Below are positions 28,251 to 38,470 of a stretch of 64,000 nt of DNA, one piece after another. Below the pieces are notes generated by a model, which was not told where the DNA came from, made no database searches, and worked only from the letters and a program-made list of their open reading frames with translations. Position 1 is the first letter of the stretch. Every line of letters starts with the position of its first letter. The position numbers were made by a program, and so were the translations under genes. The stretch is from the IMG/VR virus record IMGVR_UViG_3300044680_000280, positions 62,001-126,000 of that record, one strand, 5' to 3'.

Positions 28251-29393
28251 TCATCCTGTTAGTACGTAGCCAGAAAGAGATTGACGAATCAAACCCTGTT
28301 GCTGGGTGGATCCCAGTAGGTCCAAGGGTTGAGGTAGGACAAGCCCACGTGTCAACTGAATGGGTTTCGTCGAACGGTTCTGAATAACAAGGGTTAAGAA
28401 GCAGATGGTGGGGTCGGAGGTCGATTGGTTCAGCGTAACAGACACAAGGCGAAGTGGGTACTCCTCATCCGTCAGAATCTGCCCGACGACCTGCTCCTGC
28501 TGTCGCTTGATCGACTGCCATCGCTGGAATGCCGTGTAAGCGTCCTGAAGAATCGAGTTCTGATTGAACCCGCCCGAGGCGATCTTCTGCCCGACGCTGT
28601 TCTCAATCTGAGTCCCATACCATATGTGGAAAGGGTTCGAACCGAGCAGGGTGAACATGAGCTTCTGAGATTCTTGGATGAGCAGGGCCTCATCGATGAC
28701 GTTCGCCGTTTCACCTGTAGACCCATATCTCCAATCGTTTTCGACTCCAAGTCCACCGCACCGCCGGCACGTCTGCTGGGTGGTCGAATAAGAAAGCTGC
28801 ACGAAGTCGTTGAAGCCCTTGAGAGGCTCATCAAACACAATGAGCCTGAGAGGCGGGTTGGTGAGCGACTGTGGATCCGAAACAAGAGTCCAACCAGGAG
28901 CAGCCTGTACCCCACGGTAGAAGCGGTTTGTCGTCAGACCCAACGTGGGGGCCAAGGTGCTCGCGGCACTGATGTAGATGCTCGCTCCGACTCCCGTGGA
29001 GGCACTCTTGATGCCGATCTGATTACCGTTCGAGGTAAACGCCATTCCTGCCACTTGTGGATTCAAAAGAGCCACCAAGTGGTTTGGCGTGATCTGATTC
29101 GTCGCTGGAACAACCAAAGTCTGGGGAGTCCCCTGGTCTACCGTGACGACCATCGTGTCATTGGCTCCAGTCACAATGTTGTACGGCCCCACGGCTGAAC
29201 CAGTCACTTGAGCGGCGACCTGAACCCCGTTAGGGGGGACATTGAAAGCGCCGTTGTAGTTGAGGACGATCGAACCTAGGTTGCTGATTGGCTGAAGTGG
29301 GACCACGGTCTGACGATCGATAGGAGACACAAATAGACCTTCTTCCGCCACGATGTGCGGGCAAATTTGGTCTATTTGACGGTCGTAACTCAT
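28251..29393 (-). CDS. Baseplate gp25/gpW-like sheath initiator (380 aa) with Cys motifs and an inserted domain
   Basis: C-terminal QKLMFTLLGSNPFHIWYGT is gp25-like; immediately precedes the J-like gene; carries CPH and CRRC motifs. Confidence 0.7.
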   Translation of the reverse strand: MSYDRQIDQICPHIVAEEGLFVSPIDRQTVVPLQPISNLGSIVLNYNGAFNVPPNGVQVAAQVTGSAVGPYNIVTGANDTMVVTVDQGTPQTLVVPATNQITPNHLVALLNPQVAGMAFTSNGNQIGIKSASTGVGASIYISAASTLAPTLGLTTNRFYRGVQAAPGWTLVSDPQSLTNPPLRLIVFDEPLKGFNDFVQLSYSTTQQTCRRCGGLGVENDWRYGSTGETANVIDEALLIQESQKLMFTLLGSNPFHIWYGTQIENSVGQKIASGGFNQNSILQDAYTAFQRWQSIKRQQEQVVGQILTDEEYPLRLVSVTLNQSTSDPTICFLTLVIQNRSTKPIQLTRGLVLPQPLDLLGSTQQQGLIRQSLSGYVLTG

Positions 29394-30154
29394 GTGCCCG
29401 TAGTGTTCGTTGGGTTATCCGTACCGTCATTCGGAGTCACGTACCCATTGAGAGTGCGGTAGTATGCCGTAACGACTGGCCTTTGAGGTCCAGGCTCGAG
29501 GCCCGCATAAGGAGCGTGCGTAAGAGTTCCCTCGGGATCCTTGCCACCGTCGTCCGCGATAGCTCGATAGTTTCGGTCTGTAATGAGTTGTTGAACAGAG
29601 CTAATCATGTTTTGAGCCGAACCCGAAACCGTCGTGTCTCCCTGAATTGTCTTCAGTAGCGTGATCTCATCGTTCAATTGGTCCGAATAGTCTAGAGCTT
29701 TTCGAATCTTTCTCTCAAGGTACTCCCTCTTATATTGGAGGGAGTCATACATCCAGTCCCTAATTTGCTGACCCAAAACCGCGGAAGGGGCATCTGCCAG
29801 ACCCTCCGTAGAAACGACCGTCCCGTCACTGCGAACTTGCGGGGCTCGGGTTTCGTCCGCCCTCATGAGGTAGAGAGCTTGGGTGGCCTTCTGCCTGAGC
29901 TTGAGGTCGTAATAAGGATTACCCCCAAGAACTTCGTAAGCCCGGAAGAGCTTCCCCATGTAGGAATCGGAGGGACTGGGCTCGTAGCCCGTGACAGTTG
30001 CCTTATCAAAGGTGAACACCACCTGACCGATTCGAGTAAGCTCAGCCGTAAGATGTGCGATTCGACCCGGGATATCCTGTACCTGAGCGAGGGTGTAGGT
30101 CGACAGTCGCTGGAACTGACTGGAATTAAAGGTCCCTAGATGATCGTACGCCAC
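29390..30154 (-). CDS. Hypothetical baseplate-region protein (254 aa, helical)
   Basis: Intact ORF overlapping the next gene (ATGA), AGGAG upstream, coiled-coil-like middle. Confidence 0.65.
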   Translation of the reverse strand: MAYDHLGTFNSSQFQRLSTYTLAQVQDIPGRIAHLTAELTRIGQVVFTFDKATVTGYEPSPSDSYMGKLFRAYEVLGGNPYYDLKLRQKATQALYLMRADETRAPQVRSDGTVVSTEGLADAPSAVLGQQIRDWMYDSLQYKREYLERKIRKALDYSDQLNDEITLLKTIQGDTTVSGSAQNMISSVQQLITDRNYRAIADDGGKDPEGTLTHAPYAGLEPGPQRPVVTAYYRTLNGYVTPNDGTDNPTNTTGT

Positions 30155-30187
30155 GTCTAGCGTCTCCTACAAATAGAAAGCTACCGC

Positions 30188-32392
30188 TCAGAAAATGAGC
30201 TTAAACGCACTGGCAAAAGCAGTTACATCCGGTGCCTCGTAGGCGAGGGCGACGCCTGCCGAATAGCCCCCGGGGCCGCTAGGCGGTGGAGTCCCGCCAG
30301 CTCCATCGATCAGTGAAAACCATGTGGTGACGTCCCCGCTCGTCTGTGGAACGAAAAGAAGGTAGAACCCACCCTCCAATGCAAGGATGAAGTCTAGGAT
30401 GTTCACCAAGTACTCGATGAATTGCTCGAGCACTGTGATCTTGCGCTCGATGGCGGCAATAAATTGGGCTATCTCAGCATTGATGCCACGAGAAGAGTCT
30501 TGCATTGCCTTGATCTTGGCAATGATGTCGTAGATGAGCTGTCCCGACCAAGGGATGACGTCCTTGAGTATGGTGAGTTGAATCCAGTCTGGCGGAGTAC
30601 CCCCAAGGGTGTAGGCCGTGATGTGCTGAATGGCGAAGAGAATGTTCTGTCGACACGAAGAGTCGTTGAAGGCCGCCACATAGGCGTTATAGGTGTCGAG
30701 ATCGTAATTCCCGTCGCTATCGAGATATGTGATTGCCATCACGAGCTGGGAAAGGTTCGTCGAAGCGGCTATTTTCGTTGTTGCTGGCGCTAGGGGTCCC
30801 TTCGGCAGTGATTGCATGATTTGTTGAAACTGGGTCATTGCCGAAGAACCCTGTTCGAGTAGCGAGGAGGCTACGGTGTTTGCCAGTCTCGCGGCTTGTC
30901 TCCGCACCGTGGGCATTTGCCAGGGGACGACAACATTCGTCCCCAAAACGGGATCCACAGGAATTGGAGTGATGACAGTAACCGAACTGTAACTCGGAAT
31001 GTTGACCGCACTAGCGATGGCGGAGATGACAGGTTGGGCGAGGAACCCTGCCAGAATGCCCGCATTTTTCGTCAGCGAACCGTACCCTATATGAGTCACG
31101 GGTGTTGGAGGAATGTTCACTCCAGAGTTCGTAAACTTGTCCGGGGACTGAACTGGGACTTGAAAGTTCAATGAAAAGCCCGCTAGGAAAAGAGCGGTCA
31201 AATTCCCTACGATATCGAAATTTGCTGGAATCTTGGGCACACGTTGACGAAAAATGCCGCTCGGATGTCCCATAACCAGGCCCGTGCCTGGCCAGGGAAG
31301 GTACGGGCGTTTGCTCGTATCCATCGATGGGGTCGTTGCCCATTGGACTTGATTGTTCGAGATATTCAGCGTTCCGAAGAAGGCTCGCACTCGGTAGTAG
31401 TATGTTTGGTCGGGTTGGACGTTGGTGTCGAAATATTGGATGAAACCAAGCTCTCCGAAGGCACCATTCGCAATCGTGTTGAGCAGGTTCCCATTGTCGT
31501 CAGTGAGAGTGAGAACCTTGTAGGTGTCGAACTTGATAACAGGGTCGCCGTTTTCGTCATGAAGGTAGACTTTCTGAGAGAGGAATTGTCCTGGAGCGCC
31601 TCGATTTTCATGTTGAGTCTGAAGCATGTAGGTGCATCGACCTGTGCCCGTTGCCGCAATGTCTACGTCCCCATTGAGGGGCGTCGAGCTGCGCTCTATC
31701 AGCCACTTGGGCGGGATAAACTCGTTGGCGACGACGCTACCGAGGTCGGTGAACCCACGAGCTGGGGGATTGGTTGTACCCCCTAGAGTCCACTGCATCG
31801 AAATGCCCGTCGGCGTTGCCCCAAATACTTGAGCAAGGCTCGTTAGGGGTTCGTTTTTACTCCCCATCGGAAGGAGCTTGACGTTCGTTGGAGCCGCGAA
31901 TCTAGTCTGGGAAAGTAGCTCATCCTTCTGAAAGAACCGAATGAGCACCTTCAGGAGCTGCATGAGTGCCATAGGCGTTTGAGCGTCTGCCACAATGAGA
32001 ATGAAGCCGCTCTGGGTGGCACCCGAGATGGGTTGGGGTCGGTTTGGGTCTCGTGTGTCCAAAAGGGACCCTTTGAACCGCTGCACGAACGCCTGATACC
32101 CCCCGGTATACTTGAAAAAGTTGGGGTCCTTCGATGGATCTGGAATATCGAAGTACCCGTAGACACCCGTTTGATTCAAGGACTGGAAAAGAGTATTGAT
32201 GAGGCCGATGAGAGCTTGAACGAGAGCCGCAATCGGATTCGAAATGGGAATGAGAAATGACTTGACTGTGTCAAGAATCGTCTTGAGAACCTCAAGAAAA
32301 ACGACAAGGGTCTCGAGAATACTCCTAACCGGCTCAAGAAGGGTCTCCCCGGGGAGCTGGATAGTGAAGCTCTGCCAAGTAGCTGATGCCAT
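30188..32392 (-). CDS. Baseplate-region structural protein (734 aa): amphipathic helical ends around an FN3-like domain
   Basis: YFDTNVQPDQTYYYRVRA is FN3-like; hydrophobic helices at both termini. Confidence 0.65.
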   Translation of the reverse strand: MASATWQSFTIQLPGETLLEPVRSILETLVVFLEVLKTILDTVKSFLIPISNPIAALVQALIGLINTLFQSLNQTGVYGYFDIPDPSKDPNFFKYTGGYQAFVQRFKGSLLDTRDPNRPQPISGATQSGFILIVADAQTPMALMQLLKVLIRFFQKDELLSQTRFAAPTNVKLLPMGSKNEPLTSLAQVFGATPTGISMQWTLGGTTNPPARGFTDLGSVVANEFIPPKWLIERSSTPLNGDVDIAATGTGRCTYMLQTQHENRGAPGQFLSQKVYLHDENGDPVIKFDTYKVLTLTDDNGNLLNTIANGAFGELGFIQYFDTNVQPDQTYYYRVRAFFGTLNISNNQVQWATTPSMDTSKRPYLPWPGTGLVMGHPSGIFRQRVPKIPANFDIVGNLTALFLAGFSLNFQVPVQSPDKFTNSGVNIPPTPVTHIGYGSLTKNAGILAGFLAQPVISAIASAVNIPSYSSVTVITPIPVDPVLGTNVVVPWQMPTVRRQAARLANTVASSLLEQGSSAMTQFQQIMQSLPKGPLAPATTKIAASTNLSQLVMAITYLDSDGNYDLDTYNAYVAAFNDSSCRQNILFAIQHITAYTLGGTPPDWIQLTILKDVIPWSGQLIYDIIAKIKAMQDSSRGINAEIAQFIAAIERKITVLEQFIEYLVNILDFILALEGGFYLLFVPQTSGDVTTWFSLIDGAGGTPPPSGPGGYSAGVALAYEAPDVTAFASAFKLIF

Positions 32393-32560
32393 TTACGCCC
32401 CATACGTGAGTTTGCGCAATTTTTTGCGGTACGACTCGATGTCCGCCTGAGCGACTTTAATCGTGGCTTGAATCACCTCCCGCATACGCTCGTTAATCGA
32501 GAACTGCGTCTTGTACTCCCACTCGACCTTCGGGGGTTCTGGTTTCAAATCTTCGTCCAT
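32393..32560 (-). CDS. Small hypothetical protein (55 aa; below the ORF-track cutoff)
   Basis: MDEDLKPEPPKVEWEYKTQFSINERMREVIQATIKVAQADIESYRKKLRKLTYGA fills the gap exactly: it starts 1 nt after the upstream TAA and its TAA abuts the next ATG. Confidence 0.8.
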   Translation of the reverse strand: MDEDLKPEPPKVEWEYKTQFSINERMREVIQATIKVAQADIESYRKKLRKLTYGA

Positions 32561-32561
32561 C

Positions 32562-35500
32562 TTACTGATCCTGTAAGGCTAGAAGTTTCGTCAGTTGATT
32601 AACGACGTCCGCTTGAGCTGCAATGCGGTTAGCGACTGCCATCTGCTCCAACACAAGGAGGCCACTCTGCTTATCAATCCTCTCGGAAATCCAAATGTAG
32701 CGGGCATCGTACAATCTGTCGGATGAGGTAAGTGGCGTCTCGATGCTCGTGATGTAGCCAGTGAGGGCCGTTTGACGAGCGGTTACGATGGTGTACCGAT
32801 TGTTGAGATCCGAAGGCAGGTACCCGTAAGCTGTTGCTCCCGAATCCCCAAGAACTGGAACCGTGGTGGATAGCAATCCAGAAAACGTAGTGGTATCAGA
32901 CAAGAACGTTACGTTTTGTAGGTAGATGTTCAAAACTACCTGCAAGGTCGCAAGGGATACCCCGAACGTACTAACGATTTCATACGAAGGAAGAGAGCCC
33001 GAGGAGGGGAACGCCGAGGCGACCGTGATACCCGTTGGACTGTTGATGCTGGCGATTGCGTAGACCCCGGCGTTCGCCCCCGTTTGGACGTACACGAAGT
33101 CTGACGTGGTCACACCGTCATTCGTGAAATCTTGAGAACCGTCCGTCAAAGACGTTCCAGAAACCGAACCGGTTGTACTTGTGATTTCCGTGGTGAAAAC
33201 CGTCCCCAGGAAGTTCAGGATTGCCGTATTCTCATTCGTGACCGCCGTGAGGAGAGTTGAGACCGCCTCCTGTAGCTCGGTTAGGACGCTTCCCGTGTAA
33301 GTGTCGAGTGGGTTGTCGACGCGATAGGTGCCGCCCGTACCACTCGTGAATGCGGAACTCAAGGTCAGGATCGTGTTACTGGCGATAGCCACAATCTGTC
33401 GACGGAGACCCGCATTGGGTCCGCTCGTCATAACTACGGTCCAACCCACCTGAACCGTAGATTCAAACGTGGCGAGAGAATCACTGAAACTCGTGCCTGA
33501 CAAGCTCGCCGTCCCAGAAACCGTCGTAGAGCTGACAGCGATGTCAAAGGTGAACCCCGAGTCCAAAGTGAATGCATCGCTGACCGTGATGGTCGTGCTT
33601 GTAGGAACCGACGTGATCTGACGCCAGGAAGATCCAGCATTCAGACCCGAGGTGATGCGAACGAGGTCGTAGAGCTTGGGCACCGGAGATGGGAAGATCC
33701 CGCTCGTGAGGGTGATCACCGTGCCCCCTAGATTGAGACTCCCCATTCCGACGAACGTTGGTGTCGTCGTCGACGTGCGAAACGTACTGGTAGAGACCTC
33801 GTTCAGAGCTTCGACGTTCAATGGTCCACCGCCAGACGGAACGATTTCTCCGTCAAAGGTAGGCCCGATCAAAGGAACCGCCTGATCTCCATCATCGTCC
33901 GTAGTCTCACCATCGAGAGCGGGGAATCGGTAGGGAGTCAAGTATGTAACACTGACACCTGCCTCGTTCGCCTGAAGAATGTCTCCCGCCTGAACTGGAT
34001 TGATTGTTGGAAACAAGGGGAACGTGACGGCCGGGGCTGGAACGTAAAGCAGTTCCCCTGTCAGAAGATCGGCATTCACGTCTTTGCCAAACTGGTAAAG
34101 CATTTGGTAGCCGTTTTGCGAACTGTTCAAACGGCTCGAGGCATCCGTCGGCGACATGTAGATCGTAGCGCCAGCGGGAACGTCTAAGGGCACCGAGGAA
34201 CTCAGCGTAATGCTTGTAGACGAGAACGAAGCCACCTCAGCGTTAGCCGAATAACTCAAGTACACATTCCCCAGGGAATCCTCTATGACGACCTGCATAC
34301 CAGTGATGAACGAAGGACGCTGCAAGGAGTCGTCTGTTCCAGTGGCGTTGTCAACTGTGAATGTGCTGGTTCCAGCGGGATAGTCGAACTGGATCTGAGC
34401 TCGGGGCCATCGTTTGAATGTGACACCGGGAAGGGACGAAAGGGCTTGGAACGTGTATTGAGCGATATGATCGCCTTCTTTGACCCCCGCTAGAGCGGGG
34501 GACGTGGTGAACACGTTTCGCTTCGTCTTGAAAAACCGACTGTACGGTCCGTTCAGGTAGATTTGCTGATAGGTCCCGTTCGGAAGTGGAAAAGGCGATA
34601 CCTGAATGAGATCATCAATTTGATTGAGAACGCCCGTTGGGGGAAACCCTGAGATGGTTCGTCCAATAACCCCATCGAACACAAACAGTCCATCAGAATC
34701 CCCGACTACTCGACCGTCCATCGCTGTAAGGACGGCTTCCAGGTAATTGATGGCGGAGTTGTAGTAAACGAGCACACTCCGAGCGATGATGTCCTGATTC
34801 GCGTAGTGCCCCTCATTGAAGTAAAGTGACGGCTTACCCTGCTCATACAAAACAGGTTGAGACGCGTTCGATGTGGTGGGGCCGCCCGAGGGAACGTTGG
34901 ACGTGGCGTCCGCTTGAATATCCGCCTCGTATTCCGCACGAAAGTTCGTCATCGTCTCCACGCGGAAGTAGAAATTGTCCGGGTTGAACGTTGAATAGTC
35001 CGCGAGGAGAATCTGATTGAGGAGCCCATTTGCCGTCGTGGGCGTAGTCACGTACGTGTAGCTTGCTTTGAAGTGAAGTCCAGCTTGGACGCTGTAGCTA
35101 CCCGTATAGAAAATCGAGACCTCCTCACCTGACTGAAGCGGGGTTGCCAGCGTGACGTTCCCTGCCGCGTCCATCGTATAATCCGTAGGAGAGGTGAGGA
35201 TGACGCCAGGCTGTCCCTCGACTCTCCTCCAAACGATAATGGATTGAGTCGTAATGGGTGGATACTGTGTCGAAACCGTTGTCGTAGTCGCTTCGAGAAC
35301 GGGTCGAACCGAATACTTGAGCGCCGTCGTTGTGTACTGCTGAACCGTATTGCGAGTCAATGTGACCTGCGTGAGATTCGAGCTCGAGTCGTACGTTGCT
35401 CCCGTAGCTTCGTAATAATCGGAACCAAGTAGAATGATCGTACCCGTTTTGTAAGAGCTCGTCCTATCCCCTACAACGCTGATGGCGTTCATTCCCTGGG

Positions 35501-38459
35501 CAATCGCATTGTACTGGGACAACTCAGTTACGAAGTACGAAGGAACGGTCGGTGTACCCGTCGTCGGAAGAGGTCCGGACGACACATAGAGAGTGGGGTT
35601 CGTGTAGTCGTCTGTGAATGTCTCCCCGATGGTCACCGTGGTGAAACCAGAGGCGTAAGAGGACGAGGCGATGAGGTAAATCTGCTCACTGTCGACGCGT
35701 AGGAGATAACCGACTGGGAATGAGTCCGAATAGTCCCCAGTGATGGTCAAACTACTTTGATCGGAAGTAATACTGACCTGAGCAAGGTTGATTGGCGGAT
35801 TTTGAACTGTGATGTTCTGTTCACCGCCTATCGCCTGGTAAATGTAGTAATCAATGTAGACGTTTTCCGTCGGGGCGATGGTGGCCCCATGCGGTAGCGC
35901 GTCCGTCAGAATAGAATCAGACAAGAACGTAATGGTGGAGTTCGCGGTATCAACCGTGCATTGAGTGCCTAGAACTTGCGGACGACCACCCCGGAAGACT
36001 GCTTGAGTTGGAGTCGTAGCTACTGTTCGCCCCAACGGATTGAAACTCAAGGTCGATGTTGGCAACGGGTGGGGTTGCGTCAGTTCCTTACGAACTAGGA
36101 ACGTTGCCGACTCCATGATAACGACAGACGGATTTTCGGTAGACGTATACGTGACGTACGCCTCTTCGAGGGCGAGGAAACGATCCGTAAAACTGATAGT
36201 CCCAAAGTACGCGGCGATTGTGTAATCCACGTTCTGGACAAGGGTGCGCGACCAATAGACGGTTCCACCGGTCAAATCGGCCGATGAAAAATTCAGGTCT
36301 CCCGTCGCTGCGCTGATCTCAACTGTACCAGACGGCAGAATGGCAGGATTCGAAAAAGCCGCGTCATTCGAAACAATGTTGACCGTCGTAGAGAAAACAG
36401 GAGCACTCCCGTAGCGGAACCGTGTGACCCCCACGTACGTGATAGGAATGCTCAAGCGGGGGGAATTCGTAATCACCCCAAGAGAGTTGATTCTCTCAAC
36501 CCGTGTGTTTGGGTCCACGAGGACAACCTGCTCAAAAAAGCGGTCCGCAAGGACCTCCTTCGAGGAAAGAACCTCGTAATCTAGATCGCTCGAGGTGATG
36601 CCGGGAACATCTGTTGTGAGTGTCGTTGTTCCGACGGCCGAAACCCCATAGACCCCCTCGGAAGCGCCCGACTGAACAACAAGGAAGTCCCCAGGAGTGA
36701 CGCCATCTGTCGTGAAGTTTTGACTTGTGTCCGTAAAGGTAGGACCACTAAATGAGCCTGACGAACTCGCGGCGTATTGCGTTCCGGCCACTTGCGTAAA
36801 TGCGAATTGACCCGCCGTTGTGTCCAGAATGCCGCCTAGCCCGCTCGATGTAACGAATACGTTGGAGGATCCAACCTGTGTGAACGGGTTGTAGAAGCCT
36901 GAACCTGGAGAGGTTTCAATGGCAAAGTCGAGCTCTGAATCCACGATGAGGGGATTGAGAATCGCCGCAGGGGTGGACTGCTCGAAAAGGCTGACGTTGC
37001 TGTTCAGTCGAAACGCGTACTGAAGTTGTCCCGCGTCATAATCGATGACGTACCCCAGTCCCGCGGGCGGACTCGATTGCTGTAGATTGGGAAGGGTTCC
37101 CGTAAATGTCCCGGTCCCCTGGGAAACCGTGACCGTAATCGGATAGCTAGAAGATTCAATGGGCGTCGACGGAAGGGATACGATAGGACTTTGAATCATG
37201 GGACTAGCCCATGTGGCACCCGTCACCGTATAGATGGCACTGACGTCATTGACGGAGGCATCCGTACCAGAAAGGTCCACCGGCGTGCGGAAGAACCGCA
37301 TCGAGATTCCACGCTCGATGGCGAGATCCCCAAGCGTCACACTGAGGGGTTGGCCACTGTACGTCGTGCGGTCCGCCAGAGACAGAAGAACTTGTCCCGT
37401 CGTGGGATCGTACTGGACTTCGCTTTGCTTTCCAGTGTAATTGAAGTCGGAGAACTGGGTTGAAATGGCCTCCTGAAAGTCGATGACGCCAGGGATTCTA
37501 AAGATGATGTCCCCCCCAGGAGACGGAATTGGAGACAGTACGGTTCCCTGCACGCCCGAAGGATTGACCGTCCCCAAAGACTGGGTGGGGAGCGATAGGT
37601 TCGCAGAGATGAGGACCCCATCGTAATAGACGGGTGTCCCCGCATTGTCCGAGATATCCGTTGAATTGAACTTAAGGAGCCCCGTCGTGAGCGCCCACTG
37701 AACGGTACCTGCGGTAGGATTTGGAGAGAAACTGGACTCGTTCGGAACCTCAACTGCTGTAAGCCAGAGCCCATATCCGATTCTAAGGACAGGGTACTGA
37801 GTATCTCCTGGAATTGGATTCAAGAGCAGGGTGTTGTTTCCAATGAGCCCGATGTTACCGTCCGACGCGGTAAAAGAGAACGGGGCTTGCTGCTGGAAGC
37901 GAACAGTCTGTCCTGCGTACGTTGCAAGGTCTGAGGAGTTCCAGTTGAGCTGACCTGCATTCGAACCAATGGTCATGAGTTCCGTCGTGCCCGGGGGAGG
38001 CGAACCGAAGCTCGAAACGAGAGAGACCGTCTGGGTCGTACCACTCCCCGTCGTACCGATCGAAAGTCGGAACGGAGCGGCGGAAGTTACTCCGATCGGA
38101 ACCGCGACCGAAAGGCGTTGAGTGTTCGAAGTTGAACCGAGAACCCCCACGGTAGTCGCTGGACCGCCAGGTAATGGATAGAACCTTTGGTGAGTCGAGT
38201 CGTAGTCGAAACGCTGGACCGCGGCTTCCTCAACAACGAGGCCCTCATTCTTTGTCCAGCCGAATGTAGCGGCGGGGAGCTTTCCCTGGGTCATGACCAC
38301 GACGAGGTAGTCATCTCGGGGTACGTCTTCGGCAGATGTGTAGTAGGCGTTATACGTACCAGGGTCAGATACAAAGTCGTTTGGCGTCGAGGTGAAGGGC
38401 GAGTTTGAGCCGCCCACTCGAGGCGGCTCAAGTACATATCCGCTGATACTGAAGCCCAT
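32562..38459 (-). CDS. Very large baseplate/virion structural protein (1965 aa)
   Basis: Long beta-rich ORF after the spike genes, with divergent small beta modules (e.g. GDFLVVQSGASEGVYGVSAV) and a helical C-terminus. Confidence 0.7.
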   Translation of the reverse strand: MGFSISGYVLEPPRVGGSNSPFTSTPNDFVSDPGTYNAYYTSAEDVPRDDYLVVVMTQGKLPAATFGWTKNEGLVVEEAAVQRFDYDSTHQRFYPLPGGPATTVGVLGSTSNTQRLSVAVPIGVTSAAPFRLSIGTTGSGTTQTVSLVSSFGSPPPGTTELMTIGSNAGQLNWNSSDLATYAGQTVRFQQQAPFSFTASDGNIGLIGNNTLLLNPIPGDTQYPVLRIGYGLWLTAVEVPNESSFSPNPTAGTVQWALTTGLLKFNSTDISDNAGTPVYYDGVLISANLSLPTQSLGTVNPSGVQGTVLSPIPSPGGDIIFRIPGVIDFQEAISTQFSDFNYTGKQSEVQYDPTTGQVLLSLADRTTYSGQPLSVTLGDLAIERGISMRFFRTPVDLSGTDASVNDVSAIYTVTGATWASPMIQSPIVSLPSTPIESSSYPITVTVSQGTGTFTGTLPNLQQSSPPAGLGYVIDYDAGQLQYAFRLNSNVSLFEQSTPAAILNPLIVDSELDFAIETSPGSGFYNPFTQVGSSNVFVTSSGLGGILDTTAGQFAFTQVAGTQYAASSSGSFSGPTFTDTSQNFTTDGVTPGDFLVVQSGASEGVYGVSAVGTTTLTTDVPGITSSDLDYEVLSSKEVLADRFFEQVVLVDPNTRVERINSLGVITNSPRLSIPITYVGVTRFRYGSAPVFSTTVNIVSNDAAFSNPAILPSGTVEISAATGDLNFSSADLTGGTVYWSRTLVQNVDYTIAAYFGTISFTDRFLALEEAYVTYTSTENPSVVIMESATFLVRKELTQPHPLPTSTLSFNPLGRTVATTPTQAVFRGGRPQVLGTQCTVDTANSTITFLSDSILTDALPHGATIAPTENVYIDYYIYQAIGGEQNITVQNPPINLAQVSITSDQSSLTITGDYSDSFPVGYLLRVDSEQIYLIASSSYASGFTTVTIGETFTDDYTNPTLYVSSGPLPTTGTPTVPSYFVTELSQYNAIAQGMNAISVVGDRTSSYKTGTIILLGSDYYEATGATYDSSSNLTQVTLTRNTVQQYTTTALKYSVRPVLEATTTTVSTQYPPITTQSIIVWRRVEGQPGVILTSPTDYTMDAAGNVTLATPLQSGEEVSIFYTGSYSVQAGLHFKASYTYVTTPTTANGLLNQILLADYSTFNPDNFYFRVETMTNFRAEYEADIQADATSNVPSGGPTTSNASQPVLYEQGKPSLYFNEGHYANQDIIARSVLVYYNSAINYLEAVLTAMDGRVVGDSDGLFVFDGVIGRTISGFPPTGVLNQIDDLIQVSPFPLPNGTYQQIYLNGPYSRFFKTKRNVFTTSPALAGVKEGDHIAQYTFQALSSLPGVTFKRWPRAQIQFDYPAGTSTFTVDNATGTDDSLQRPSFITGMQVVIEDSLGNVYLSYSANAEVASFSSTSITLSSSVPLDVPAGATIYMSPTDASSRLNSSQNGYQMLYQFGKDVNADLLTGELLYVPAPAVTFPLFPTINPVQAGDILQANEAGVSVTYLTPYRFPALDGETTDDDGDQAVPLIGPTFDGEIVPSGGGPLNVEALNEVSTSTFRTSTTTPTFVGMGSLNLGGTVITLTSGIFPSPVPKLYDLVRITSGLNAGSSWRQITSVPTSTTITVSDAFTLDSGFTFDIAVSSTTVSGTASLSGTSFSDSLATFESTVQVGWTVVMTSGPNAGLRRQIVAIASNTILTLSSAFTSGTGGTYRVDNPLDTYTGSVLTELQEAVSTLLTAVTNENTAILNFLGTVFTTEITSTTGSVSGTSLTDGSQDFTNDGVTTSDFVYVQTGANAGVYAIASINSPTGITVASAFPSSGSLPSYEIVSTFGVSLATLQVVLNIYLQNVTFLSDTTTFSGLLSTTVPVLGDSGATAYGYLPSDLNNRYTIVTARQTALTGYITSIETPLTSSDRLYDARYIWISERIDKQSGLLVLEQMAVANRIAAQADVVNQLTKLLALQDQ

Positions 38460-38470
38460 GGTTGCCCCCT

